Part shown: positions 38,861 to 53,854 of the stretch, piece after piece
Position numbering within the stretch: the stretch's first letter is position 1
How the letters are laid out: every line of letters starts with the position of its first letter
NCBI RefSeq assembly: GCF_006345805.1
Contig: NC_043005.1
Location: 76,446,001 to 76,510,000 of the forward strand
DNA: 64,000 bases
Source of the DNA: Octopus sinensis
Lineage: Eukaryota
Reading direction: 5' to 3'
Translations under genes and position numbers: made by a program
Notes under the pieces: model-generated
Seen by the model: only the letters and a program-made list of their open reading frames with translations
Database searches by the model: none
Told to the model about the DNA's origin: nothing

Positions 38861-38974
38861 TTTATTTTATAGAAGGAGCTTCTACAGACTAGAACTGTTT
38901 CATTCAAAAGAAATCATGATTTCTTTTGAATGAAACAGTTCTAGTCCTGTAGAAGCTCCTTCTATAAAAATAAA
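38861..38974. repeat. Spacer-less palindrome (about 56 bp arms) at the end of a Penelope-type repeat starting near 38790
   Basis: Centre GAAATCA|TGATTTC at 38916/38917; arms differ only by single-base indels. Confidence 0.92.
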
Positions 38975-38983
38975 TATAAATAT

Positions 38984-39016
<33 letters not shown>

Positions 39017-39046
39017 CATTATATATCTATATATATATATATATAT

Positions 39047-39095
<49 letters not shown>

Positions 39096-39110
39096 CATAT
39101 ATATATGAAA

Positions 39111-39316
39111 CGAGGCAGAACGTTAGCACGCCAGGCGAAATGCGTAGCCGTATTTCGTCTGTCGTTACGTTCTGAGTTCAAATTCTGTCGAGGTCGACTT
39201 TGCCTTTCATCCTTTCGGGCTCGATAAATTAAGTACCAGTTACGCACGTAATCGACTAAATCCCTTGGGCTGTCCTTGTTTGTCCCCTAGGTGTTTAGCC
39301 CCTTGTGGGTAGTAAG
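39111..39316 (+). mobile_element. SINE family D monomer
   Basis: GGCAGAACGTTAGCACGCC head and central domain. Confidence 0.85.
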
Positions 39317-39460
39317 GATATATATATATATATATATAGATATATATATATATAATAAAAACTTACTTGGACAAGAGAAACGACGCGTGATATATATATA
39401 TGTATGTATGTATATATATATATGTGTGTGTCTGTGTGTGTGTATGTGTGTGTGTGTGTG

Positions 39461-39501
<41 letters not shown>

Positions 39502-40730
39502 TGTGTGTGTGTGTGTAAGCAAGCAGAAATGTAAAGGGCTACGTGTATCTGTTCACTGTCATGCTGAGGACATGTATTGGAATAGGCGGTTAGTCAGCTG
39601 AAAAATATGGAAGGAGACAGTGTGTGACAGTAAAAGTAAGGTGAAATTGGAGGGAGGGTTAATGTGCTCATTGTACTATCTTGAGTGGCAGATGGGGAAA
39701 CGATTCAGGGAGAGGTGAATTGAATGGACTGGAGTAAAACATCAGCTTTGGGCTGCTTTTAAGAAGGACAGGAAACAGAAAATATCGTTACACACTGATA
39801 AATATCGATAGAAAACTTGAAGTCTTCATGGAACTTGTATTTTTAATATGAATGTTGCAATAAAAATCGTCAAGAATTATATTTGTCACATACAGCTATT
39901 TCAATGCTTAGTGAATATTGCTGTAATATCTTTTGTAAATATAGTAGCAACACTTTTAATTAAATTTATAGAAATATTATTAAACCGTTATGTGGACAAG
40001 TAAAAATGTTGTAAATAAAAAAAGATATAGTTGTCGCTTTTTGACAGTATATATATATATATATATTTTTTTTTTTATATATATATATATGCTAAATTCA
40101 ATTGATCGTTTAGCTATTTATGTATGGCTATCTGACAATCTAGCTTCCCTGAAATCAATAACAAAGCTGTCCAAAGACACATGATTATTTATTTATTTAT
40201 GGTTGCATTTTGTTCGTAAGTCAAAGTTAGTTGTGGTAATATGCGGGAGGAAGAAGTAATATTCTGAATTTATGAGGTCTTGTACAAAATAGGCGACTTT
40301 TCTCTCTTCAAGCATCACTGTAAAAATAACTGGAAAACTATAAAATCTATGTGGCTCAAATGAAAAAAAAAGGAGTAGAATAATTGCTTAAGAGACAGAT
40401 ATAACCTTTAAGAGGATGGTCTAATATATAGTTTTGCCCCATCATTTTCGACACGCAGCAAGTACTAGCACATTTACAAATTAATGACCTTAGCTATTTG
40501 CCTAACACCAAAGTATAATAATTTTCTGTTCAATAGAAAATATGATGTATTTGCGAAGAAATTTATCAATAGTTTCATTAAGAATTTTAAAGCAAAAATA
40601 ATATTCATAATAATTTATAAAACAGCTGTCATTTTTGATGATACAGAAATACTTGCTACTTGTATGTGTTCTGAGGTGGAAATTTCTCCTTAACTGAAAA
40701 TAAGAAATAGAGAAGTATGTTAGGAATATA

Positions 40731-40803
<73 letters not shown>

Positions 40804-41650
40804 GTATATATACCTGTATTATATAATATACATTTGAGTTCCTGGGAATGTAAGTATCTTGTTTTAGGTGTGAAGAAATTGAAATAATTTCTGGATACAC
40901 TGAATTTAAATTAACTAATGATGTAAAACAATTCTCATTTTGGGCTGTAAAAGTAGAGTTAAGAATGAAGATTATAGCGTGTATGCTGAAAGAATGTGGA
41001 TGTGCGAATGTTCTTAGTAAATATCTACATGTTGATCAAATCTTTCATGTGATGGTATTTCGGCAGATATCTATTTAAATGACAGCATTTACTCACGGTC
41101 TCTTATAAGTCAATTAAAAGGTCAACAGAATTGTAAAATCTGAAGATATTCGTTTAATTTCGCTACGCTTTACATCTTTCGCGAACCTTCTACTGTATGT
41201 CGAATGTTCAGATGTAATCAGACAGTTGAGTTACGTTTCTCTTTGATGCATAGTTCACATATCGCTACTTGAAGTCACCTTAGAGCATATTGACATACTA
41301 TTTGTGCACAATGCTTACTCTGAGAGAAGTAACCAGTATTTTATAGATGATACATTTTGTGATGCATGACTAACGAAGAGTCTACGCCTTTGTCTTTATG
41401 CATTTGTAATTGTTTTAGCTGAATTACCACTAAGTTAATTAATATAGGTCGTTCAGCTGTAGCTTACTTTCAAGTTGTTTGAATAATTTCATACAGAAAT
41501 AGAACATGCATATGTGGATCAAGCACAGCGGAAGAGATACTCATACGCATGTACATCGACATATCTAACAATTAATTTCCATGCCAGATTAGAGATTAGA
41601 AAATTACTATTTCTAAATCTCACAACGAGAGATATTCAGCAACAGTACTT

Positions 41651-42014
41651 TGGAGTAAAGATTATTTGCTAACATAACATGGCACTCCTGGTTTAGGATG
41701 AATGCTGCTAAAATTTAACGCCAGGAGACATCCTCTCCAGCTGGCTATATGACACGATCTGTGTCCTTATATTTTGGAATATAGGAATCAAGCACCCCCA
41801 CTCAGCTCAAAACAATATCTGTGTATCGCGATTTCCGAATACACAGATATTGTTTTGAGCTGAGTGGGGGTGCTTGATTCCCCTGTTCGAAAATATAAGG
41901 ACACAGATCGTGTTGTATAGCCAGCTGGAGAGGATGTCTCCTAGGGTTAAATTACAGCAACATTCGTCCTAAACCAGGACTGCCATGTTATGCTAGCAAA
42001 TAATCTTTACTCCA
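41651..42014. mobile_element. Fold-back element / MITE that is one about 364 bp hairpin
   Basis: About 176 bp arms of high identity around a short loop near 41827-41838; possible TA duplication at 41646 and 42018. Confidence 0.88.
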
Positions 42015-43156
42015 GATTAAAGATATTCAACAAAAAGTTCGATAAGTAAGAACAGAAAATTGGGTACATTATTGCTTCATATGACTGAATAAGGAAACTC
42101 GTTACAACATATATAACTTTATTAGCATTATAAACAATTTACTGATTATCTTATCACTTCAGCTTCTCACAAACATGTATTTATAGTCAACTCAAGTGAA
42201 ATATTTTACTTCTGATTTCAATTACTAGAAAGTTTTGAATATGATTGTCAATCAGTTTTTCCTAATCCATTGTAACAAAAGACGTAATTAGAATGCTTTT
42301 CGTTTATTCTTCTAGTGGTAATATTTATTCCTACCTAAACATGGGATATTCTGTTAGATCAAACATTACTGCGGTAATTACCATGAAAGAAACTCTGATA
42401 TAGGCTTTTGGTGCATAATGCGTGCTTGTTAATATCATTAACGGGGAGATAAATTGCTCCAACCCGAGCACCGAGACCGCCAGATCACGTTATTTCGACC
42501 TTCTTTGGTCTCATCAATGATCGACGCTCGATCACTAGAGATAGTAGTGACTCTCTTCGCTAGCGATATGAACAAGCATGCATTTTTCACCAAAGCCAAT
42601 GTGAGAGCTTCTCTCATGGTATCTACTGCAGTGAAGTTTGTTCTAACAGAACATCTGTGTTTAGATGGGAATAAATATTACCTCCCGGTGTTAATACAGC
42701 CTCTATCGCTAATATTTCTTTTACCTACGCTCTTCGACAGAAAGGAACACATAAATGAGAGAAAGAGAGAGAAAGAAAGAGAGAAAAAGAAAGAGTGAAA
42801 GAAAGAGAGAGAGTCAACGATTATTGAAAAGGTTGCGAGACGAAACGAAAATTTTAGGAAAAATAAATAAGTAAATGAGTGGAAACTTTAAATAAGGCAC
42901 TAACAGAGAATGACTCTCCCCAGACACAACAGTTGGTATAGATAAAAAGCATATATAGACAAACGGGACAACGAGCGAAACTGAAAAGTACCATTGGTCG
43001 ATAACTGAAGAAGGATTATGGTCTTTCTATTTATCTAACGTTTGATTTTACATTCAGTACACGTTATGTCGTTTGCTTATATATTATTTTTTCCTTTATC
43101 AAGCAATGGAACGCAACACACACCGAATTTATATATATATATATATATATATACAT

Positions 43157-43530
43157 AGGCGCAGGAGTGGCTGTGTGGTAAGTAGTTTGCTTACCAGCCA
43201 CATGGTTCCGGGTTCAGTTCCACTGTGTGGCATCTTGGGCAAGTGTCTTCTACTATAGCTTCGGGCCGACCAAGGCCTTGTGAGTGGATTTGTCAGACGG
43301 AAACTGAAAGAATGTGCGTGTGTGTGTGTTTGTGTATTTGTGTTTATCCCCCCAACATCGCTTGACAACCGATGCTGGTGTGTTTACGCCCCCGTAACTT
43401 AGCGATTCGGCAAAAGAGACCGATAGAATAAGTATAGGCTTACAAAGATTAAGTCCTGGTGTCGATTGTTTCTACTAAAGGTGTGCTCCAGCATGGCCAC
43501 AGTCAAATGAATGAAACAAATAAACAGTAA
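43157..43530 (+). mobile_element. SINE family A, full length
   Basis: Canonical head, CORE-like motif and tail. Confidence 0.9.
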
Positions 43531-43565
43531 AATAGTATATATATTATATATATCTATATCTATAT

Positions 43566-43603
<38 letters not shown>

Positions 43604-43699
43604 ATGGAAATCCCTTCAATTGCTAGAGGTATGGGCTTTGAAACATAGAACAAATATTTGTTATCATCTAAGGGAACGCAAACCAAAGAGTTATCACAC

Positions 43700-43942
43700 T
43701 GCGACTTAGATACAACAATGCACGCGGAGTGGTCATCGAAATTTTCGAGATGTCTGATCTACTTGTCGTATTGAATGAGATATCAAATAGCAAAGTAGCT
43801 TGTACAAACCTCAGTCTGGTAAACGAATCGGTCAAGTATGAAGAGGAAACACCTCAAGCAGCATTCATTGACTTATGCAACAATGTTCTCTCGACAAGTG
43901 TACTGCCTAGTGAATGGAGATGTGTGTGTGTGTGTGTGTGTT

Positions 43943-43989
<47 letters not shown>

Positions 43990-44160
43990 TACAACAGGTG
44001 GCAAGATTTTATGTCAAAAGACAAAAGCACTGAATATCAAGAATTATAGAGTTAAAACGTATAAGCGTATACGTATAAAAGCTACTATTATTACATCAAA
44101 TTGCTCGCAGATACATAATATCCAGTTTCGAGCCGAATATCAAATGTCGGTCACCTGAAA
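43700..44160 (+). pseudogene. Highly decayed LINE reverse-transcriptase N-terminal fragment interrupted by (TG)n
   Basis: F...DL..VL....NSK...E.VK....FIDLCNN.L....LP.EWR and K.NYR pattern of RT domains 0-1. Confidence 0.55.
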
Positions 44161-44182
44161 GATGCCAAGTAACTACTATCAA

Positions 44183-44332
<150 letters not shown>

Positions 44333-45030
44333 CCTACCTACCTACCTATCTATCTATCTGTGTGTGTGAGTTTATGTTTGGTTGTTCCTTTATGGTATTA
44401 ACTATAGAAAACGTTTCTCTTGCAAAGTTTTTCCTCTTTAAACATTTCAATCTATTAAGTAATTACCATATTTTATTTTTCTGCCACTTTTCTTTTACCA
44501 ATATTCCAGATATTTTACAGAGGTAGTTATAGTAATACGCATCTCTTATTTTGTTCAAGGCCTCATAAACTTGGAATGTTACTTCTTCCTGTCGCATATT
44601 ACCACAGCTAACCTTTACTGACCAATAAAATGCATCCATAAATAAATAATTTCGTGTCTTTGGCCGGGTTTGCTATTGATTTCAATGAAGTTACGTTGTT
44701 ACGTTGCTAGACATAAATGGCCGAAATATCAATTGGCTTGAGCAATTTTTAGATGATAGATAGAGAGTGAGTAAGAAGGAGAGAGATGACTGAGGGAGAG
44801 ATGACCGAGGAATGAGAAAGAGAGCGCGAAAATAATAGAAATGGCAGGAGTAAGAGAGAGAGAGAAGAAGAACGGGGAGTGGAAGAATTGCAAATGGCGC
44901 AATAAAACATTAGCCATTTGATGAAGATTTCCATACACTGTGTCTCAAATATAGTCTTTCCATTTTTCTCTTGAACTAAACAAAAATGAAGGAAAAACAC
45001 AAAACAAAAGTACTAAAAAAGGTTAATAAT

Positions 45031-45545
<515 letters not shown>

Positions 45546-46273
45546 ATAACACGGAATAGTTCACCAAAAAAATTATATATTTTTTTTCTGTTTTAGCTTT
45601 AAGCTTTTACCCGCAAATTTGTTGTTCAAATAGAGCAATCTCTCGACGTTCGAAAAATAATTGCTTTCTTTTTTTAAAACAGGAAGTAATTTTAGATTTC
45701 GAGGTTGAGTTTCATTTTCAAAATTATCATCTCCAAAATTAACGAATTAATATGCTTATAAAAATGTACTTAAATTGTCAACTCAGATCAACAACTAATT
45801 ATGTGCTTAGATAAGCATCAATTAAATAATCAGTCTTCGATAATTTCGCCTATTGAAATTTTTTGTTTCCAATAATGTTATTTCTTGTTGAATTTTCACA
45901 ATTATTAACGTCACATTTTATTTTTTCGTTTTTACGCCACATTCTTTTGGCCTTAATCCACTCGATCGAATTTTATGTGTTCTAATGCTACAGTTGCACA
46001 AGAAATAGCCCCCATCTATGTACCTCCCTATCTATCTAAGTACCCTGTCTTACACATACAGACAAATACACACACGCACACATATATACATACATACATA
46101 CATACAAACATATTCATGCATAAAAACATACATGCATACATACGTGCATACATACATGCATCCATACATATATAAATGAATACATACATACGTACATACG
46201 TTTATACATACATACATACATACATACATACATACATACATACATAATACATACATACATATACATACATATA

Positions 46274-47522
46274 CAAGGGTTCGACAAAATAATGGAAACA
46301 CCTACCATCATAGTATCATAATTTTGAAATATCTATAAAACCGCCAAATGCTTGTTCATTTTTATGTTCTTTGATTTATTATTAGTGTTACTTAATATAT
46401 TTTGCTAAAATTGCTGTTTCTTTTCAGATATCATTAGGAAAAAGGTAATTAAAATTCATTAAAATGACATATTATTCGGACTTTCAAAGAGGCCAAATTG
46501 TTAGTGTTCGTTTGGCAGGCGCTAGCGTAACGAAAACAGCCGAAATGTTTGGTGTATCAAGAAGTACTGTCTCAAAAGTAATCACAGCCTTTGAGAAAGA
46601 GGGAAAAATCTCCTCGTAGAAACAAAACTCCGGAAGACAGCCAAAACTTTCAGATAGGAACCGTTAGACTCTTATACGAATTGTTAGAAAGGATCACAAA
46701 AGTATAGCTCCCAAAATTACCGCAGAGCTTAATGACCACATCGAGAACCCAGTTTCCACAAAATCTCTTCGCCGAGAGCTGCACAAAGCCGGATTTCACG
46801 GGAGAAATGCAATCCACTACTTTCAAAAACAAATGTGCAAAGCGTTTTGAGTGGAGAAAAACTTACAGAATTGGTCGCTAGAACAATGGAAGAATGTTAT
46901 TTTTCGGGCGAATCATCTTTTACCTTATTTCCGACCACCGACCGAGTATACGTGTGGAGACAGCCAAAAGAAGCATTCAACCCAGATTTCCTTCTTCCAA
47001 CTGTTAAACATGGATGATCTGTGATGATGTGGGGAGAGCTATATCTTGAAAATCCGCCGGTCCAATGCTTTCCCTTCATGGCAGAATTAATATTCAAGAC
47101 TATTTAAGCATTTTATCTGATCAAATTCATCCTATGGTTGAAGAACTGTTTCCGGAGGGGAAAGCAATCTTTCAGGATGATAATGCACCAATTCACACAA
47201 CTAAAGCTGTTACTACATGGCACGAGAAACATTCTAATGAAGTTGAACATCTTATCTGGCCACCACAGTCCCCAGATCTCAACATTTATGGTGCATTTGA
47301 GAAAAAAAAGTAAGGCGTAGATTTCCTCGACCATCATCACTACAAGAATTGGAGACTAGTTTAGCTGAAGAATGGACAAAAATTCCTTTGGAAACAATTC
47401 AAACTTTGTATGAGTCCATACCTGGTAGAATTCCAGCGGTAATTACTGCCAAAAGCGGTCCCACTCCATAATTAAAATAAATTTGTTTCAAATTTTAAGG
47501 TCTTTTCATAATTTTGTCCAAC

Positions 47523-47525
<3 letters not shown>
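46274..47525 (+). mobile_element. Tc1-family DNA transposon, near full length, disrupted DD34E transposase (ATG 46464)
   Basis: TIR CAAGGGTTCGACAAAATAATGGAAACACC after TA and a degenerate right TIR; SDFQRGQIV, W.NVIFS.ES.F, PTVKHG, FQDDNAPIH, WPPQSPDLN motifs. Confidence 0.95.
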
Positions 47526-47586
<61 letters not shown>

Positions 47587-47754
47587 AATTTTTGGATGGT
47601 ATATATAAATATTTTAATGCAATCTTAAGTGCGTTTCCACAAATCAAAATATTTCTCATAAACGAAGTTAAATGATCTGTATTATTATATATATATATAT
47701 ATATATATAAATAATGTGTGTGCGTGTGCGCGCGCGTGTGTGTGTATGTGTGTG

Positions 47755-47791
<37 letters not shown>

Positions 47792-48168
47792 TGTGAAGTA
47801 GGTCCAAGAATGGAGGTGATGTTATTACATTTATTTCATTATTCAGATATCATGAAGACATGATTTTGTAATATGTTGTAATATTACAATATTATTTGTG
47901 GTCTTGATGTGGCTGTATTCTCTATTGTTGAAACGTTCGCAATGAAGTAATAAATATCACACGGTCGCCTCAGGTCGTTGACTTACTGTGTCATACATAC
48001 CATGACTAGTAAATTATCCCTGGAATCTGTTTGCATGGCACGATTTCCTTTAAGGAAAACTGTCACCTTCTATGCATTCTTCAAGTCGGTATTCGCAGGA
48101 GAGCTAATAGAAGAAATCACTCGAACATTTAAATTCCCTACAATCTGTTATAAATGTATACATAATAA

Positions 48169-48497
48169 AGCGGCTAGCTAGTAGAAACGTTAGCGCGCTG
48201 GGCGAAATTTTCAGCGGTATTTCGTCTGCCGCTACGTTCTGCGTTCAAATTCCGTCGAGGTCGACTTTGCCTTTCATTCTTTCGGGGTCAATTAAATATG
48301 TACCAGTTACGCATTTGGGTCGATGTAATCGACTTAATCCTTTTGTCTGTCCTTGTTTGTCCTCTCTGTGTTTAGCCCCTTCTAAAGAAATAGGTATTTC
48401 ATCTGTCGCTACGTTCTGAGTTCAAATTCCGCTGAGGTCAACTTTGCCTTTCATCCTATGTCCCCTCTATGTTTAGTCCCTTGTGGGCAGTAAAGAA
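48169..48497 (+). mobile_element. SINE family D dimeric copy
   Basis: AAAGAAATAG|GTATTTC junction and two central blocks. Confidence 0.88.
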
Positions 48498-50369
48498 GTA
48501 TATAAATGTACACATAAGCTGTTACAAATGTGTGTGTGTGTGTAACTTTTTTTAACTTTTGTACAACTAAGCGATAAACTCAATGTATCTTTTCAGTTGA
48601 AGTTTTTTGACTCTTAGTACACTATGGACGGTGTTTGTATATAGTTAGAATAAACCATTATGTACCGAATTTCCTGAAAACAAAAATACTAAATGCTGTC
48701 TTACATTTGGAACCAAATATATAATAAGGTTATATAAAGAGTGTGATATTCCAATGCTGTAATACGTTATGTAGAGTCAGTTTCGTTTCCAGTGCATAAA
48801 TAAATCAATTCACTTATCGCAGTTACCATTCACCACAGCTCCAAATTCGAAACCAAACACTGGAATAAATAAAAAAAAAATAATGTACTGAAATTGCATG
48901 AAATTGATACCGTTAGTGGCTTTTTGGAATTCACTTTCACGGCGATAGTTATTGCGTCTGAACGATGGTATATTATCATTTGTAGCACACATCTAGGGTT
49001 TCTAACAAGTTGCTTTATCTGTAAAGTAAAAACATACAATGAAAAATGTCTGTTATAATCTTATTCATCAATTTATTTAGAAGAGCTTTGGTAAAGGTAG
49101 CATGACTTTTCTGTACCAATTCATTTTTATTTTGTATCGATTTATTCTTTTTGATAGCAAAATGGTCAACACCTTATGATTATATATATGGCAAATGACA
49201 AATTTATCATTTAGAATCTATGCTACAGTAGATATATGCTTTTTTTTCTTTGGTCATTCTACTTATTGCTCTATACTTTGTGATAAATATATTTGTTATA
49301 GTTCTATGCGGTTCGAAAGGAAGCCTTCCAATTCATCGACTGACTGATTGTTTTCAAAACGTCAAGAGCTAGAGTTGTCGAGTCGTTGCTTTTTCGTATG
49401 GTGCAGATTATAACGTCAATGGTTTATCTTTCTACGACTTAACGGAAAACTTCCCGCTAGTGACTTCTGATAGAATTTGTTAAGCGGGGAAAGAAGCACA
49501 CATACACACACACACACACTCACACGCGCACACACAAAGATTTCCAGGAAATTTATAGTGATTTGCATCAGCAAACTTCTAGTGGACTTTGAAACGTTAG
49601 ATATCTTTGTGTGCTAGCAAGAGAAGGATTTATGTAAATTTACTAACTTTACTAAGTATTTATAGATGAACCAAACTTCCCTCAAAATCACATCCTACAA
49701 TCTTAAGAACGGGTAGACATAGTGGATAATGTAATCCTACATAAATAATATCTAAAAATAAGTTGCCATTCAGTTCTGGCCTAGAGTTAAGTGAGAAAGA
49801 TAAAACAGTAAAACAAATAAAACCTATATCTATAGTTAGATGGATTTGACTACGAAACGTTAAATACATTTGCCAGGACACTGCCTATTGGTCAGTGAAG
49901 CCCTACAACAAAATTGTTATACTGGAATAAAGGATGATTTGAGTTACAGCAGAGGGATAAGTAAAGGAAGGTGTGCTATTCTGATACAATTTGTGATTTT
50001 AATGAAGTATTTCAGACAGAAGACCCTTAGCGACTTAGGAAGCTTAGTGTGCCGACAGCTCACTCCTAAAGTTTAGTGTTTATAATTCTAAATGTATTTA
50101 TGATGTAGTACCTTTAACAACTGAGATGATGTACAATCTGTCAATCTGTGTAATGAAAAATAATGAGGAAGCCTCTACAGGATCCCTCGGCTTGGTGGAA
50201 ATGGCAGCCGAATTGTATTCTTAATTCGTTAAAAATGGAAGGACATTAGATTATATAGTTCAAGATTCAATACATGTTAAAGAAAGTCTCATCATGGTGG
50301 GAACTCAATTCATTATAGGTCTGCTTCATCAGCGTTGTCCTGGTACTATACAACAATAACAATAATAAT

Positions 50370-50778
50370 AGTTCCAAATTTTGGCATATGGTCAGTTATT
50401 TTAGGGGTGGTGGCTATCCGATTATATCGACCCCGGAGCTCCTATGTTGAAAGGCGAAGTTGACCATTGCAGAATTTGAGATCAGGACTTAAAGAGACAG
50501 ACGAGATGCTGCTGAGGATTTTATCGAACGTGCTAATGGTTCTGCCAGTTTACCACATTGACAATGACCCTTCTACTATTGTAATAAGGCCTGAAAAGTT
50601 GTGGGGCGGGGCTAGCGGATTCCATCGGACACAATGCTCAACTGATACTTGTTTTATTGATCCTAAAATGGAAAAAAAACAAAGACGTCCTCTGCGGAAT
50701 TTGAACTTAGAACGTAAAGGCAGACGAAATGCCGTTGAGCATGTTGTCCGGCGTGCCTACGATCCAGCGAGATGACCG
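50370..50778 (-). mobile_element. Two degenerate family D SINEs (about 50370-50555 and 50580-50778)
   Basis: GAATTTGAACTTAGAACG and CGTGCTAATGGTTCTGCCAG blocks. Confidence 0.6.
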
Positions 50779-51918
50779 CATTATCATTCACAAAAGTAAC
50801 AACAGCAAAGCTAAAATCAGTATATGTGAAATTGTTTAGACAGTCTGAAATGGAACGAACGTTATTTTTCTAAAAGACCAAACAGAATTTGCGATAGTAA
50901 AGAGTACTTCGAGTTCATTATAGACAGTAAATAAAACAGAACTTACTGATAACAGAACGTGTGTCCTTTATATAATTAACTTTATGTGTGATGAGATTTT
51001 ACGACTTTACACCATTTATGGCATCGAATGTATTCACGAAAGAGAAATTCTCTCATTCTTTGTTAAGGTTGTTTCTGCCATTGCAACCAAAATCATACTT
51101 GAGCATCACCCTCAAAATTCAACCAGTATTACTATTTCGGTGTTGTGCAATTTCGATATTTACTGAGGTGAAATATTTATCCGCTGAAATACCGTTATAG
51201 TTTCCTTTTTTCAATTCTAGACGTAAACAGCTTAGGAACTAATTGTACAATCGTTGAAATATAATAGCAAACGGAGGCTATGCAATATTCGACAGAATAT
51301 AATAATCAAAATAATGTAGAAATAAAATATGAATATTTCTGTTATGCAGCTGTTCTATTTGATTATGTAGTCCGATAAACTGGTGATGTATTGAAGTGAA
51401 AATAACTGCACTGGAAGTCGCTTCTGTCTTAAGCACAAATTTCAGAATATTTCTATATCATTCTTGAATACTGCCAGAAAATCATGATTTCAATTCTGGT
51501 TGGGAATCAAATTACCTCATTACATTTGATTCAGCAATGGTTACAAAGGAATTTATGGTTATCGTAATGAGCAGTAGTGCTACATCGGGAATAATGTTTC
51601 AATTTGAGAAAGACAGAGGTAACGAAAATTAGAGAACACACTGTGAAATATTATCAATGTTAGTGGCATGTAACAGACAAGGAAATCTGAATATGGAAAC
51701 GTAGTTAAGCCAGCCATTACGGAGGTAATTTGCAACATAAATCACTACTAGCACACAGATGCATGCATATAATACGTATGTATGTATGTAAAGTTGCATA
51801 TATATGTATGTACAATATATACAACATATACAGCTAAGTATATATATATATATATATATAATATGTGTGTATGCCTGTCGGCTTGTCTGACTGTCTGTGT
51901 ATATATACTAATACATAC

Positions 51919-51963
<45 letters not shown>

Positions 51964-52107
51964 ATATATACATATATATGTATATATATATATGCATATA
52001 TATATATATATAATATATATATATATATATTATATACAATATATATATATGCATATATATATATACATATATATATACATATATATATATATGCATATAT
52101 ATATTAC

Positions 52108-52138
<31 letters not shown>

Positions 52139-52385
52139 TAATATATATATATAATATATATATATATAATATATATATATATATGCATATATATATACAT
52201 ATATATGTATATGTATATATATATATGCATATATATACATATATATGTATATATATATATATGTATGCATGTATTTGTATATATACACAGACAGACAGAC
52301 AAGCAGACAGGCATACACACACACATATTATACACACAATCAACGTATGTATATAATATATAATGCATATATATATATATATATG

Positions 52386-52458
<73 letters not shown>

Positions 52459-52459
52459 A

Positions 52460-52837
52460 TCTCTATATAAACGGCAGTTTGTCTGTGTGTGTTTCTGTGT
52501 GTCTGTTTCCTTGTACCCTCACTCTGACCACGGCTTTCAACCGATTCTGATGAAACTTGACACACACATAGCCCAATGTCATAATTCAAAACTAACGCAG
52601 CGAAAATTTTGAAAAGTTCCCCCAGTTCTGAAAAAGATCGATAAATTCGACATGGGGTCGACAATCAGAAACACAAACCACAGATGGTCTAGGGGACGCA
52701 ACTCGACCTTTTTAACTATCAAAAAATTTACCATCATTTTTTCCCCATTTTTTTTGCTATTTTTTGGCTATAACTCTCTAAAAATGCTTTATAGTTATTC
52801 CCTTACAAACCCGAGCAACGCCGGGCGATACTGCTAG
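52460..52837 (+). mobile_element. Complete non-autonomous Helitron (about 378 bp)
   Basis: A|TC start, GTCT/GT-rich 5' block, 3' CCCGAGCAACGCCGGG hairpin, CTAG|T end, no TSD. Confidence 0.88.
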
Positions 52838-52884
52838 TATATTATATACATGTATATATATGCATATATGCATATATATATACA

Positions 52885-52925
<41 letters not shown>

Positions 52926-53316
52926 GTATGTATGCATGTATTTGTATATATACACAGACAGACAGACAAGCAGACAGGCATACACACACACATAGTATAC
53001 ACACAATCAAACGTACACATTTTTATATCTATGAATATAGATTCTTAAGGAACATTTCTTGACACGGTAACAGTATTAATGAAATTAAAAAAAAAGAAAA
53101 AATCATTACTTATATGTAAAAAAAAGTCTTTAAGAACACAGATGGACATGGATCTGATGGAAGGAAAATTTTGTGTGTGCTTTTTTTGAAGTTTTTGAAA
53201 CATGCATATAACAAGTTTATTTGAAAAGCTGAAAAAGAGCGTAATACAAAAAGAAAAAAACACCAAAAGAACATCCTTGCATCTGACAAATCTTTCATAG
53301 GCGCAGGAGTGGCTGT

Positions 53317-53808
53317 GTGGTAAGTAGTTTGCTTACCAGCCACATGTTTCCGGGTTCAGTACCACTGTGTGGCACCTTGGGCAAGTGCCCTCTGTTATAC
53401 CCTCGAGCCGACCAAAGCCTTGTGAGTGGATTTGGTAGACAGAAACTGAAAGAAGCTCGTCGTTTTAAAATCCATCCAAGACTTGGCCCTCATGCTACCC
53501 GCCCACTACAAAAATAGAACTCAGTACACATAGCAACATTACGTCACAATTACTTAACCTCAACCGTTCCAGCTTTCATTAATACCATACCAAAATACGC
53601 CAAAACGAAAACAGACCCCATAAAATTCAAAAGATCACTGGACAAATTTCTTAAAAAAACCCTTGACCAACCTCCTACACCCGGATATGTCTCCAACAAT
53701 AATAATTCTTTGCTAGAGTGGGCCATGGTACCCATATATGACTAAAAGACTTCACCAGGTGGTGCTATTAAGTCTATACTGGCCGAACCCTATCAAAGTT
53801 ATCAAAGT

Positions 53809-53854
<46 letters not shown>

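Noticed and set aside
41098-41140. Minus-strand AG...GTGAGT exon-like pair
   Set aside because: Stops in all three frames; it shows that good-looking splice pairs arise by chance here, so the other exon candidates are kept at low confidence
51446-51570. Kinase-like phrase YFYIILEYC after a plausible acceptor
   Set aside because: Downstream residues do not continue the kinase pattern, there is no suitable donor, and the frame ends in a stop
52545-52560. CTGATGAAAC resembling a hammerhead core
   Set aside because: No stem II between CTGATGA and GAAA; it is a standard internal motif of the Helitron
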